Positions 1 to 8,804 of a stretch of 64,000 nt of DNA are shown one piece after another. The stretch comes from Polyangiaceae bacterium (GTDB taxonomy: Bacteria > Myxococcota_A > Polyangia > Polyangiales > Polyangiaceae), in assembly GCA_033763455.1 (NCBI GenBank), contig JANRKO010000047.1, positions 1 through 64,000 on the forward strand. Direction: 5' to 3'. The notes beneath the pieces were generated by a model. It searched no databases. It saw only the letters and a list, made by a program, of their open reading frames with translations, and was not told the DNA's origin. How positions within the stretch are numbered: the first letter of the stretch is position 1; each line of letters opens with the position of its first letter. Position numbers and translations under genes: made by a program.

Positions 1-196
1 GACAGCTCAACTCACACGAGCTCAACGCCCCACTTTGCTCCTTCACGATCCCAGCCCCACGACAGCTTCAATACGCTGGCCGCTAAGCCGCTAATAGATC
101 ACCGCGCGACCTCCAATGTGGGTTTCGTGAATCGTTTACGATGCTCCGTGCACCGCCAGAGCGAGCTCGCCACAGGTCACTCGCCTCCAAAGGGTG

Positions 197-919
197 TTAT
201 ACAAGAGGACTCTCGCCTTGGAGTCTCGTAACGACCTCTTGGAGCAAGAGTTCGAAGCCAGGCTTTGAGGGCTCGAGTTGGTTCTTTGTAGGAAGGTGTT
301 CCGTCTTACGCATCACCTGGTGAGTGTGAATATCTGCGACGGGGCGGGCCTCATTCTGCAGCCTTTCGAACATTCCCTTGAGAGTTCTTCCGACCTGGGA
401 AACCACTTGTTCAAAGTTTTCTTGTCCGAAAACAGGAGGGATATGGTTCATGATCGCCCGGACTAAGAGGGCCGTTGAAATGTAGTTGGCACGTGCATAG
501 GCTTCATTGAGTTCCTCACACATGCGAATCAGTTTCTTGGGATCTAATGGCACCTGCGGGAGAGCTCTTAGCTGTTCGATCAAATCTGGACAGAGAAACG
601 CACCTCGCGCTGCACCACAGGTGGCAAAGTCAGGATCCGCGGCCGACTCCGCAAGAGCATCGCAGACAACGAGTAGCTCGGCTCGTAGTTCATGGGCGTC
701 GCTGATGAGATGAGCTGTGATATTCGGATTGGGAAGTTGCTCAGAAAGATCTGGATCGCCGACCCTTTTCACCGCAGCGACAAAGCGTACCGCCAAATCG
801 CGAAATTGGGCCGCGTAGGCATACTGCATGTCAGTGTCGTCGCTCGGGCCGCACTCGCCGAGTGGGAATGACTTTACCTCGGAAGCGAGCTCAAGCGAGA
901 GTTCCAACGGAGTCTTCAC
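197..919 (-). CDS. HEPN/Abi-like domain protein, possible integron cassette gene
   Basis: C-terminal helical region LIRMCEELN..Y..TALLVRAIMNHIPPVFG..R-x5-H (RPVADIH) resembles HEPN-type domains. GTG start at 919 sits 3 nt after an attC-like site, and the TAA stop lies in GTATAAC. Confidence 0.55.
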   Translation of the reverse strand: MKTPLELSLELASEVKSFPLGECGPSDDTDMQYAYAAQFRDLAVRFVAAVKRVGDPDLSEQLPNPNITAHLISDAHELRAELLVVCDALAESAADPDFATCGAARGAFLCPDLIEQLRALPQVPLDPKKLIRMCEELNEAYARANYISTALLVRAIMNHIPPVFGQENFEQVVSQVGRTLKGMFERLQNEARPVADIHTHQVMRKTEHLPTKNQLEPSKPGFELLLQEVVTRLQGESPLV

Positions 920-922
920 GGG

Positions 923-1001
923 TCTGGTCAAGGTACCGGCGTTCAGCTGCGAGCGCCAGGGGAGCGCGACCGACAGCTTCAGCGCCGCCCGGTCGGCCAG
1001 A
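923..1001 (-). other. Degenerate attC-like recombination site
   Basis: Imperfect palindrome on +: tctggtcaag-N5-ggcgttcagctg...cagcttcagcgcc-N5-gtcggccaga, with one extra base in the inner arm. The core reads CTTGACC instead of GTTRRRY. Confidence 0.5.
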
Positions 1002-1066
1002 CGCTGCGTCGCTGCACGAAGCGGAGGCGTCTGTCGCTCGCGAGGGTCGTGATATCGTTTGCCTCT

Positions 1067-1420
1067 ATGCGTGACGGCGGGCCGGGGTTCAAGCGTTGCC
1101 CAGCTTGCGATGGGCTAGCTCGCTCCCAGCAACTAGCCTGTGATTGCGGCCACGTGTTCCGAGACGCTGGGACGCGCTCGAAAGTGGTACCCGGGCGAGT
1201 CGAGAACCCTCCGGATGATCGAGACAACCTGATCGACGCGGCTCGTAGTAGCAAAGCGGCAACTCCGCCCAACGCCTCCCAATCGGGCGGATGCCTTGTT
1301 GGGATTCTCGCGCTTGGCGGGATCGCGGTGGTGATCACCGGGATCGTGTCGTACCCCCTGGAAACAATCGCTCTCTGCGCTGTTATACTCGTAGTCGTAA
1401 TAGCCTTACGCGCCCGCTGA
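1067..1420 (+). CDS. Small membrane protein with N-terminal Cys motifs
   Basis: CPAC...CDCGH followed by two C-terminal hydrophobic helices. Confidence 0.55.
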   Translation: MRDGGPGFKRCPACDGLARSQQLACDCGHVFRDAGTRSKVVPGRVENPPDDRDNLIDAARSSKAATPPNASQSGGCLVGILALGGIAVVITGIVSYPLETIALCAVILVVVIALRAR

Positions 1421-1473
1421 AAACGCGCCGCTCCCAGGCTTGACGCCAACGCACCCCCGTTCTACCAACTCCC

Positions 1474-1518
1474 GCCCCGTGGCCCAGACTTCCCCCCAGT
1501 CCGCCACGGGGCACTTTT
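1474..1518 (+). terminator. GC-rich hairpin with short T tract, shared with 25277-25316
   Basis: gccccgtggc...gccacggggc followed by actttt. Confidence 0.5.
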
Positions 1519-1539
1519 GCCCTGAACGCCCGCTCTGGA

Positions 1540-1569
1540 CTTGATCAAACATCAAGCCGGCCGTAGACA
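1540..1569 (+). promoter_or_regulatory. TA promoter/operator
   Basis: Palindrome cttgat-N5-atcaag overlaps TTGATC-17bp-TAGACA. Identical to 25219-25248 on the minus strand. Confidence 0.55.
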
Positions 1570-1647
1570 AGGGACCTCGACGGGGACGAACTGTCCCTCG
1601 GTATCGCCGTGGAGGGGACAACCATTTGGATCTGCACCGTGTTCTAG
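1570..1647 (+). pseudogene. 3' remnant of DUF4258-type toxin
   Basis: Encodes RDLDGDELSLGIAVEGTTIWICTVF*, matching the C-terminus of 24924..25208. About 217 bp including the start are missing. Confidence 0.8.
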
Positions 1648-1660
1648 AAAGCGAGAAGGC

Positions 1661-2110
1661 GTGACGAGCGGAACGAAGTCAAAGGCTAGAAAGTGTCCCG
1701 AATGTGGTGGGTTACTCAGCCAACGGAGTCTGAAGCGGACCATCATTGTGGGAGCTTCGAAAGTGAGGGACAACGGCCGCTTTCGCGTGCCCATGTGTGC
1801 CGCTTGCGGTTACTACGAGCTCACGCAGAAGCAGCTTTCAGATTCCGAGCTGAGCGCTGCCCTTGTGGTGTTCTGCGAGGCTTCAAAGGTGGACGGTGGA
1901 GCGCTGAAGTACGCTCGCAAGGCTCTCGGGCTGACACAGTCAGAGCTGGGGCGTGAGCTTGGTGTTGAATCCGAGACGGTTTCGAGGTGGGAGACCGGAA
2001 AAATGCCCATCACACGGATGGTCCAAGTAGCCATGGCCGGCCTACTCAAAGGCAACAAGGCTAACACCGCCCAGACGCTCGAACCGGCTCCAGTTTCGCG
2101 CACGGGCTGA
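1661..2110 (+). CDS. MqsA/YgiT-type zinc-finger plus XRE HTH antitoxin (orphan)
   Basis: CPEC...CAAC plus HTH LTQSELGRELGVESETVSRWETGK. 149 aa, about 83% identical by manual alignment to 24461..24910. Confidence 0.85.
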   Translation: MTSGTKSKARKCPECGGLLSQRSLKRTIIVGASKVRDNGRFRVPMCAACGYYELTQKQLSDSELSAALVVFCEASKVDGGALKYARKALGLTQSELGRELGVESETVSRWETGKMPITRMVQVAMAGLLKGNKANTAQTLEPAPVSRTG

Positions 2111-2158
2111 ACGGAGCGGGCACGCCCACTGGCGGGGCGTTTTTCTGTTTGGGGCTAG

Positions 2159-2494
2159 CTAACGCTTCTTGTCAGCCCCCGCGAGGGCAACCTTGTGTCC
2201 CTTTGGAAAGCTCGCTACGAGCTCCAGCTTGCCGCCAAGTGCTTCGACGTATCGGCGCAGGGTCGCCACCTCGAAGCCATCCAAGCTTTCGCGTTGCTCA
2301 AGCTTCGAAACGTCACCCTGGGAGATCCCGGTCGCGGCCGCGACCTCAAGTTGCGTTTGCGCCACGGCAGCGCGGAGCGCACGAAGTGGGAGCCGCGCCT
2401 CCCGACGCGGCCCGCGACGGACCAGGCGCGCTCTCGACAAGTCGAACTCGTCCGCGTTGATGCTAATTCGTTCGCTTCCAGCTGCTCGTGTCAT
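2159..2494 (-). CDS. XRE-family HTH antitoxin
   Basis: TQLEVAAATGISQGDVSKLEQ..TLRRYVEALGGKL. Overlaps the toxin stop (ATGA). Confidence 0.8.
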   Translation of the reverse strand: MTRAAGSERISINADEFDLSRARLVRRGPRREARLPLRALRAAVAQTQLEVAAATGISQGDVSKLEQRESLDGFEVATLRRYVEALGGKLELVASFPKGHKVALAGADKKR

Positions 2495-2781
2495 ACGCTC
2501 TCTCCTTTGACGTACAGGCTCTCTTCCGCTCGCGTGGCTTCTCGGGCGCTCACAATCCGATCCAGCTCACCACGCTCAACATAGATGACCGCGAGCAGCC
2601 GGCCTCGCAGACTGAACCCAAGCGCCAGAAGGCGGCCACTGCTCGACCCATCATCATAGATCTGGACGCCAGGCGCCTCGATGACGGTAATCGCTTCCTC
2701 AAAGCTGACGCCATGTTTGGCCGCGTTTTGCTCGGCCTTGTCAGTATCCCACTCGAAGCTGCCCTCCCTGGCTGTCGGCAC
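2491..2781 (-). CDS. brnT: BrnT-family (DUF497) ribonuclease toxin
   Basis: FEWDxxKAxxNxxKHGVSFEEA...RIVSAREATRAE motif. Confidence 0.85.
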   Translation of the reverse strand: MPTAREGSFEWDTDKAEQNAAKHGVSFEEAITVIEAPGVQIYDDGSSSGRLLALGFSLRGRLLAVIYVERGELDRIVSAREATRAEESLYVKGESV

Positions 2782-2788
2782 ATGAATT

Positions 2789-2817
2789 ACTATAGGTTTG
2801 AACCCATGATGATGCAA
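2789..2817 (-). promoter_or_regulatory. Sigma70-type promoter of brnT, likely leaderless mRNA
   Basis: TTGCAT-17bp-TATAGT, 7 nt upstream of GTG 2781. Confidence 0.65.
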
Positions 2818-3191
2818 GAACTTTCGGGAGCATTCACGTAAGTATGCGCTTTACCCGCGCAGCGCTTCAGGTCACGCGCGTTTGCGGCGCCCAACCGTGC
2901 GACCTCGTCGATGGTTGCTTGAAGCGTGCGGCCAGTGCCCTACATCCAGCGCTCAGCACCCCTTAACGCTCACCGTGAGCCACGGCCTATTTTAGGAATT
3001 GCTCGCGATGATCGCCATCATGAGAGCGAGCGCAGTATTGCAGGCTGCTTGCTCCGCGGATTGGACACGGACCTCCTCCGCCTGCAGGTAGTCACGCCAG
3101 CACCTCTCGCATCAATGCCCGATCCAGCCCACGGCCCCCCAACCCCAGAGGCGGTTGGCACATGCAAACAGCTTGGTATAAAGTGACGTCC

Positions 3192-3368
3192 ATGGCCGAG
3201 CCCCTACGAGGCGAACCTCCCGCGACGCCACCAAGTTTGGCCGACATCGCTCTTTTGCCACCGCATGCACCGGAGCTCGATCGACCTCTGCCGCAGGGGG
3301 TCACTGACGCCCATTTGCGCTATTTGGAAACGGGCGAGGGCCAGGCGTGGGGCGGATTCTTCAGTTGA
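3192..3368 (+). CDS. Small hypothetical protein
   Basis: 58-aa ORF preceded by TATAAA. Confidence 0.35.
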   Translation: MAEPLRGEPPATPPSLADIALLPPHAPELDRPLPQGVTDAHLRYLETGEGQAWGGFFS

Positions 3369-3497
3369 GCCAGGGTTACCGCCTCCTGGGCACGGCGAGT
3401 GTTGTCCCTGCCGCTGTGGGTTCTTTTCAGCTTCGACGCTAACCGGGTGACGGTGTTGGAGCTGCGCACGCGAGAGCCAATCAGGGTCGATTAGCCA

Positions 3498-5126
3498 CTA
3501 CCACTTAATCACGCCATAATCCTTAAAGAATAGCCCAGAAGGGTGTTCCCCCGTTTGGTACCCCACGAAGATCGGATCGCAGACACGAGCGGCCCCGTCA
3601 ATCGCATCAAGCGGGGGATGAAAATCGTAGTCGGTGCGTTTCCTCACCTGGTGCTGATGCGGATCTTCATCGGTGACCCAACCCGTATCCACAGAGTTCA
3701 TATGGATACCGCTTTCAAGATAATCCTGCGCCGAAGTGCGCGTTAGCATGTTGAGCGAAGCTTTGGCCATGTTGGTGTGCGGGTGGCGGTCCGTCTTCAT
3801 GCGGCGCGAAAAACAGCCTTCCATGGCGGAGACGTTCACGATGTGCTTGTCGCGATTATCGGTACGTTCCATCAGTGATTTTAAGCGCGACACCAGGATG
3901 AACGGAGCTATCGCATTCACCAGGTGAACCTCGATGAGTTCGGGCGTATCTACATCTTGGGCCTTCATGCGCCAGCTGTTGACACTGCGAAGATCGACCT
4001 GCTGACCGTCGGCGTCGAAACGGTTTGGAGGGAATTGTTCTTCATCTAGCTCGGCGGGGATGAGCCCGAGCGTGAGCGCCAGCGGTGTCATGCTTTGACG
4101 CGACAGCGTTTGATGCGGCTCAGTGGTTAATGCATCCTTAGCGGCGGCCAGGCGTCTCCCAGCACCGGCCTCCGCCAGCATGAGTTCTTTGAGGTCCGCG
4201 TAACGCCGCAACAGGTCACGCTCGGCGGCGGGCAACGCTTGCGGATCCATTTCTTCCCGCGCCCGCAAGTGCTCATAGAACCCAAGCGGTCGATGGACCG
4301 TTTGTGCAGCGTTATTGATCAAAAAGTCGAGACGATCAGTAGTCTTTTGGAGATGTTCTGCCAAAAGCTCAACACTCGGGCAATGCCTTAGGTCCAGACC
4401 ATAAATGGAGAGGCGGTCTTTGAAAGCTTCAAAATCCGGCTCTTTTGCATAGCGCTGGGCGGCATCCTGCGGAAACCTTGTGGTGGCGATTACCGTAGCC
4501 CCTGCCCGGAGCAGCATGAGCGAGGTACAAAAGCCGATCTTGATGCGCGCCCCAGTTATCAACGCTACGCGCCCCCGGAGGTCAGCTGTCTGCGAGCGTT
4601 TAGCCCAGTTGAGCTCCGCACACCCCGGACACAGGCAATCGTAGAAAAAGTGGAGCACCGTGTACGGCGCCTTGCACACGTAGCAAGCTTGCGGCTCCCG
4701 TAGCACGCGAGCTTCTGGCGCTTCAATGTTCGCTCCTGGCAGCCGTGGCGCGGGAAACACTTGAGTGCCGTCTCGGTCGAGAAGCGGCCCGCGCTCTTCG
4801 CGGATCTTGGTGGTGCCCCGCACCTTGAGATCCACTTCGAGCTGAGTCTTCTTGCGAAAGCGACGCATGGCTTTGGTGCGTTGCCGCCGTTCATCGCGAT
4901 TCGGGCGCGACAACTGCCCCGCCAACACGAGCAGTTCTTTCCACTCGGGGATCGGTACTGCCGCCAGCGCGTTAGGGTCACGCACCAGTGCTTCAAGGGT
5001 CGAAAGCGTTGTCTTCAGGCTTTCGGGAGAAACTCGGATCACTGAGCTCGAATCACCCGTGCCTGTCGGGGTGCCCTGGGCACTCGATGTAATCGGCGAT
5101 TCCGGGTTGTGGGCTGGGTCTGTCAT
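3498..5126 (-). CDS. SDR-family oxidoreductase with N-terminal Cys/His (Zn-binding-like) extension
   Basis: ALITGARIKIG, LINNAAQT, HTNMAKASLN. CYVC..H..CLCPGC lies upstream. Confidence 0.85.
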   Translation of the reverse strand: MTDPAHNPESPITSSAQGTPTGTGDSSSVIRVSPESLKTTLSTLEALVRDPNALAAVPIPEWKELLVLAGQLSRPNRDERRQRTKAMRRFRKKTQLEVDLKVRGTTKIREERGPLLDRDGTQVFPAPRLPGANIEAPEARVLREPQACYVCKAPYTVLHFFYDCLCPGCAELNWAKRSQTADLRGRVALITGARIKIGFCTSLMLLRAGATVIATTRFPQDAAQRYAKEPDFEAFKDRLSIYGLDLRHCPSVELLAEHLQKTTDRLDFLINNAAQTVHRPLGFYEHLRAREEMDPQALPAAERDLLRRYADLKELMLAEAGAGRRLAAAKDALTTEPHQTLSRQSMTPLALTLGLIPAELDEEQFPPNRFDADGQQVDLRSVNSWRMKAQDVDTPELIEVHLVNAIAPFILVSRLKSLMERTDNRDKHIVNVSAMEGCFSRRMKTDRHPHTNMAKASLNMLTRTSAQDYLESGIHMNSVDTGWVTDEDPHQHQVRKRTDYDFHPPLDAIDGAARVCDPIFVGYQTGEHPSGLFFKDYGVIKW

Positions 5127-5656
5127 CTTATTAGGCGGCGGCTTGTAGCCCCTGAGGCCTGAGGGAGCCACGCTTTGGCGAGTCCGCCCAGGCTGAATTG
5201 GGGTCTTTGCCCCTTGCGTGCCCGAAGACCCTCCGCTAATAACCGCGCCTCTACATGAGTAACCGAGCCCTTTGGAACGTCCGACTCCGCCACGAGTCGC
5301 TGAGCAAACCCCACAAGAAGAAGCGCATCAAGCTCCGCCAGCGCCTGCGAATCGGCCTGGAGCAAGCCCTTCAGCGTCGCGCGGGGAAGAGCTCCGCTAC
5401 CGCGAGCGACGCTTCCCCCGAAGCCTGAGACCCCGCGTATCAGCTGAGGCCCCGTCCTTTTTTAGGCTGGTCGGGGCTTTCCGCACAGGAACCGATTCCT
5501 TTTTGTCGCCCTTCTTGGTTGGCAGCTGGATTTTCTTTGTGCTAAGCTCTGAACGTACGCGCAGGAAGGACATTCGTCCCGGAATTGTCCGACGAAAGGT
5601 TACTTGCGTTTCCTGCGTAGGGCGCGATTCCTTTTATGAAACGCCCAGCACCAAAT

Positions 5657-5695
5657 AGCCCCTCAGGTGAGCGTAGCTCCCGGCGGGGCTTTTTT
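5657..5695 (+). terminator. Intrinsic terminator-like hairpin
   Basis: agcccc...gagc-gta-gctc...ggggct followed by TTTTT. Confidence 0.5.
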
Positions 5696-5739
5696 ATTGG
5701 GCGTCCGGTCAGCGTGCCGGTGGAGGTTAAGGACGATGC

Positions 5740-5914
5740 AGAGAAGCTATTATCCCTTGAACCTGGAGGCTTTCCCCAGGTGATGGAGAGCTCGTCCGAG
5801 ACGCGGCTTAGTGCCGTGCCCCTAGCCCTAGGACTTATGCGCACGAGTCAGGCCCAGGCTAACTGAAACCTGAGGTGTGCCTTTGGCCCATTCAAAATAG
5901 GGCGAGGGTTCTCT
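5740..5914 (+). ncRNA. Candidate structured ncRNA (6S-like rod)
   Basis: Ends pair (agagaa/ttctct, ccct/aggg, tgaa/ttca, caggt/acctg). About 175 nt, immediately followed by a strong terminator. Confidence 0.35.
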
Positions 5915-5916
5915 CT

Positions 5917-5956
5917 AACAAGCCGGGTGGCGAAAGCTGCCCGGCTTGTTCTTTTT
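5917..5956 (+). terminator. Intrinsic terminator
   Basis: aacaagccgggtggc-GAAA-gctgcccggcttgtt followed by cTTTTT. Confidence 0.75.
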
Positions 5957-6048
5957 GGTTTTGGGGTGACTTTGTCCACAGTGTCGATAGCCTCCGCCGG
6001 GACAACGGTTGACCCCTCGTCATTGATGGATTGCTGAGCTCAGCGCGC

Positions 6049-8049
6049 ATGGAATTTCTAAGCTTGTTTCACACTGTCGCCGCCACCACCCCCGACGTCA
6101 TTGTCCCCATCTTGCCCAACACCGTCTGGGACTCGATGTGCAAGAGTTCCGACTGGACGAGCGGCGATCTGAGCAGCCCCATGAACGTGCTGCGTATCAC
6201 CCTTTTGGTGCTTACGGGGCTTGTTTTTCTTAGCGCTGAGCGCGCACGGCGCCGCGAAGATTACGACAACGCACAGATCCAGAAGTGGCTTGGCGTGGGG
6301 CTCGGGGTCATCGCCGGCATCGCGCTATTCGTCGCGCCCGAATCCGTGTTCGATGTCGTCAACAAGCAGCTATGCGCCAAAGATAAGTTTGAGCTCTTCT
6401 TGTTGCGTGTGCGAGTCGGCCTGCCCGTTACCGCCGCGGTATTGCTGATCTTGGCTGAGCGAGCCCGCCGCCTCGGTACCAAGGTTCCCCGCGCGACGCA
6501 GAAGCGCGTAGCCATTGTCTTCAGCATCATTGCGTTTTTCGCTTACTTTGACTTTTTTAACCCCAGCACGCGCTACCGCGAGTACTACCACCGCCACGAA
6601 TTTTATCACTATTACCTAGGCTCTAAGTACTTCAAGGAGATCAACTACAGCCTCCTCTACGAGTGCACGCTAGTGGCCGAAGTGGATCTCGGGCGAAGAG
6701 AAGCTGTTGCTAAGCGAGAGCTACGCGACCTCACCCGGGCCAACCTAATTACTCCGGTGTCGAAGAGTCGCGTCCTCAGCAACCCCGACTTCTGCAAGAA
6801 GAACTTCACTCCTGAACGTTGGGAAGCTTGGAAGCAGGATGTGGATTGGTTCCAGCGGTCTGCTGCCGGTGAATATTGGGAAAACATGCAGAAAGACCAC
6901 GGCTACAATCCGCCGCCGGTCTGGACCATGGCGGGCAAATTCTTCGCTGATTTAGCGCCGGCCAGTGATCGGTTCTTCAAGCTCCTTTCGCTGCTCGATG
7001 TGGGCTTCCATCTGGGTATTGTGTTGATGTTGGGGTGGGCGTTCGGATTTCGAGTAATGGCCATTGCTACCGTTTGGTGGGGCTGCAACTCGCCGGCCAA
7101 TTTCTATTGGACCGGCGGCGCCTTCATGCGGCAGGATTGGATCTTCTTGCTGGTGGCCTCCGTGTGCCTGGCCAAAAAGCAGAAGTTCGCACTCTCAGGC
7201 GCGGCGCTCACCTGGTCCGCGTTGTTACGAATATTCCCGGGGATCTTGTTTGCAGGCTGGATTGCGCTGATCGCAAGCTACATCTTCCAGCAAATCATCA
7301 AGCAGCGACGCTCGGGTGGTCCGATTAACATCAGCACACTGCTTCACTCGTCACACAAGCGGCTCATCGTGGGCTGTGCCGTGGCGGGCGCGATCTTGAT
7401 CCCGGCCAGCATGGTCTCGGCGGGCACACAGTCCTACTCGGACTTCGTGCACCATATTGCCGTGCACAAAAGCACCCCGCTCACCAACCACATGGGCCTG
7501 GAAACCATCCTTTCCCACAACTGGGAGGGTCGAATGCGCTTCGCGCGGGACGACAACAGGGACGACCCATTTGAAGGTTGGAAGGATGGGCGCCTGGAAC
7601 GCTTCGATCGTATGAAGCCCCTCGCCTTCGCGATCATCGGCTTGTGCGTGTTCTCGATCTGGTGGGCGTTGAAGCGCACGCGGCTGCTGTGGGTTGCTCC
7701 CGCGCTCAGTGTTCCCTTGGTCGTCTGCCTGCTGAACCTTACTTGCTACTACTACTCGATGTTCATTCTGGTAGCAGTGTTGGCGAGGCAACGCCCGCAG
7801 CTCATGCCGGTGTTTCTCGCCGTAAGCGGCGCCAGCCAGATCCTTTTGTCCGAGTACTATTGGTTCGACGACAAATTCAATGCCATCTCTTGGTTGTTTT
7901 TGATCTTCTCGTTCCTGCTGCTGATATCTTATTGTCGCCCCTTCAGCGCTGCCCGCCTCAAAGCTTGGCTTCAGGGCAAGCCCGAGCCGCGCCGCCTGGC
8001 GGCGCCACAACCATCAGCGCCGCCTGAAGCAATCAAGCAACAGGCTTAA
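6049..8049 (+). CDS. Polytopic membrane protein, GT-C (GT87-like) glycosyltransferase-like
   Basis: Many TM helices, periplasmic loop with DHGYNPPPVW, RQDW and LRIFP motifs. Confidence 0.6.
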   Translation: MEFLSLFHTVAATTPDVIVPILPNTVWDSMCKSSDWTSGDLSSPMNVLRITLLVLTGLVFLSAERARRREDYDNAQIQKWLGVGLGVIAGIALFVAPESVFDVVNKQLCAKDKFELFLLRVRVGLPVTAAVLLILAERARRLGTKVPRATQKRVAIVFSIIAFFAYFDFFNPSTRYREYYHRHEFYHYYLGSKYFKEINYSLLYECTLVAEVDLGRREAVAKRELRDLTRANLITPVSKSRVLSNPDFCKKNFTPERWEAWKQDVDWFQRSAAGEYWENMQKDHGYNPPPVWTMAGKFFADLAPASDRFFKLLSLLDVGFHLGIVLMLGWAFGFRVMAIATVWWGCNSPANFYWTGGAFMRQDWIFLLVASVCLAKKQKFALSGAALTWSALLRIFPGILFAGWIALIASYIFQQIIKQRRSGGPINISTLLHSSHKRLIVGCAVAGAILIPASMVSAGTQSYSDFVHHIAVHKSTPLTNHMGLETILSHNWEGRMRFARDDNRDDPFEGWKDGRLERFDRMKPLAFAIIGLCVFSIWWALKRTRLLWVAPALSVPLVVCLLNLTCYYYSMFILVAVLARQRPQLMPVFLAVSGASQILLSEYYWFDDKFNAISWLFLIFSFLLLISYCRPFSAARLKAWLQGKPEPRRLAAPQPSAPPEAIKQQA

Positions 8050-8700
8050 CTACAGGCGCGATCGAATCAGTTGCACCACATTGCCGATCCCGTGAGGGAA
8101 CGGCCGAAATTCAACATCCAAGTGTTCGGCTGAGTCCGTGTGAATGCCACCCACCGTGACCAACGGTTGGAGCAGCGCCACTGCTTTTCGCATTCGTGCG
8201 CTCTTGGCAACCTTCGGGAGCTTGAACAGATCAACCACCACGCGATCCCCTTTTGCTTCGACCAAGAGCGGGGGCCGCTTGGGCATGTAGGCCACTAGGT
8301 TGCCGGGCTTGCTCAGATCGAGCGCCCCGGAACGCAGCAGTGCGGCTACAGGACTTTCCACGGTGTCGTCCAGCACCTTCATCTTTACGTCGGCAACTCT
8401 GACAGCCACGCGAAATTCAACGTCGCTAAGGTCGATGCTCTCTATAAAGATGGTGGCACCCGCTCGAACGGGCGTTCCCATCAGATCTATACTGGCGGCA
8501 ACCCGAATGCCGGGCGGAACAGCCTCTATCTCCACGGCTTGAGGGCCCTTCCGGCGCGGCTGAGCCGCAAACCAACGGAGAGCGGCGAGTGGGACGCCGA
8601 GCCGGAGTGCTATTAGATTCTTCAAGGCGCGCAGGATTTCTTCGGGATGTTCTCGAAGGTAGCCGAACACGGCTCCTGCGATCGCTTTAGGGTCAGCCAT
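8050..8700 (-). CDS. Hypothetical protein
   Basis: 216-aa ORF abutting the convergent gene. Confidence 0.7.
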   Translation of the reverse strand: MADPKAIAGAVFGYLREHPEEILRALKNLIALRLGVPLAALRWFAAQPRRKGPQAVEIEAVPPGIRVAASIDLMGTPVRAGATIFIESIDLSDVEFRVAVRVADVKMKVLDDTVESPVAALLRSGALDLSKPGNLVAYMPKRPPLLVEAKGDRVVVDLFKLPKVAKSARMRKAVALLQPLVTVGGIHTDSAEHLDVEFRPFPHGIGNVVQLIRSRL

Positions 8701-8804
8701 GGAGCGCGAGTATAAACTCGGGCGTGGCGCGCGGGCAAAGGCCCCGTAGACTTAAATGTTGGGAAGCTGCCCTCGTTCACCCATAAACCCTGCCGGGAGT
8801 CCCT

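Noticed and set aside
1541..1660. N-terminal extension of the antitoxin (ORF-track start 1541)
   Set aside because: The TTG lies in the promoter palindrome and the paralogue starts at the position equivalent to GTG 1661. The open frame is a by-product of the deletion.
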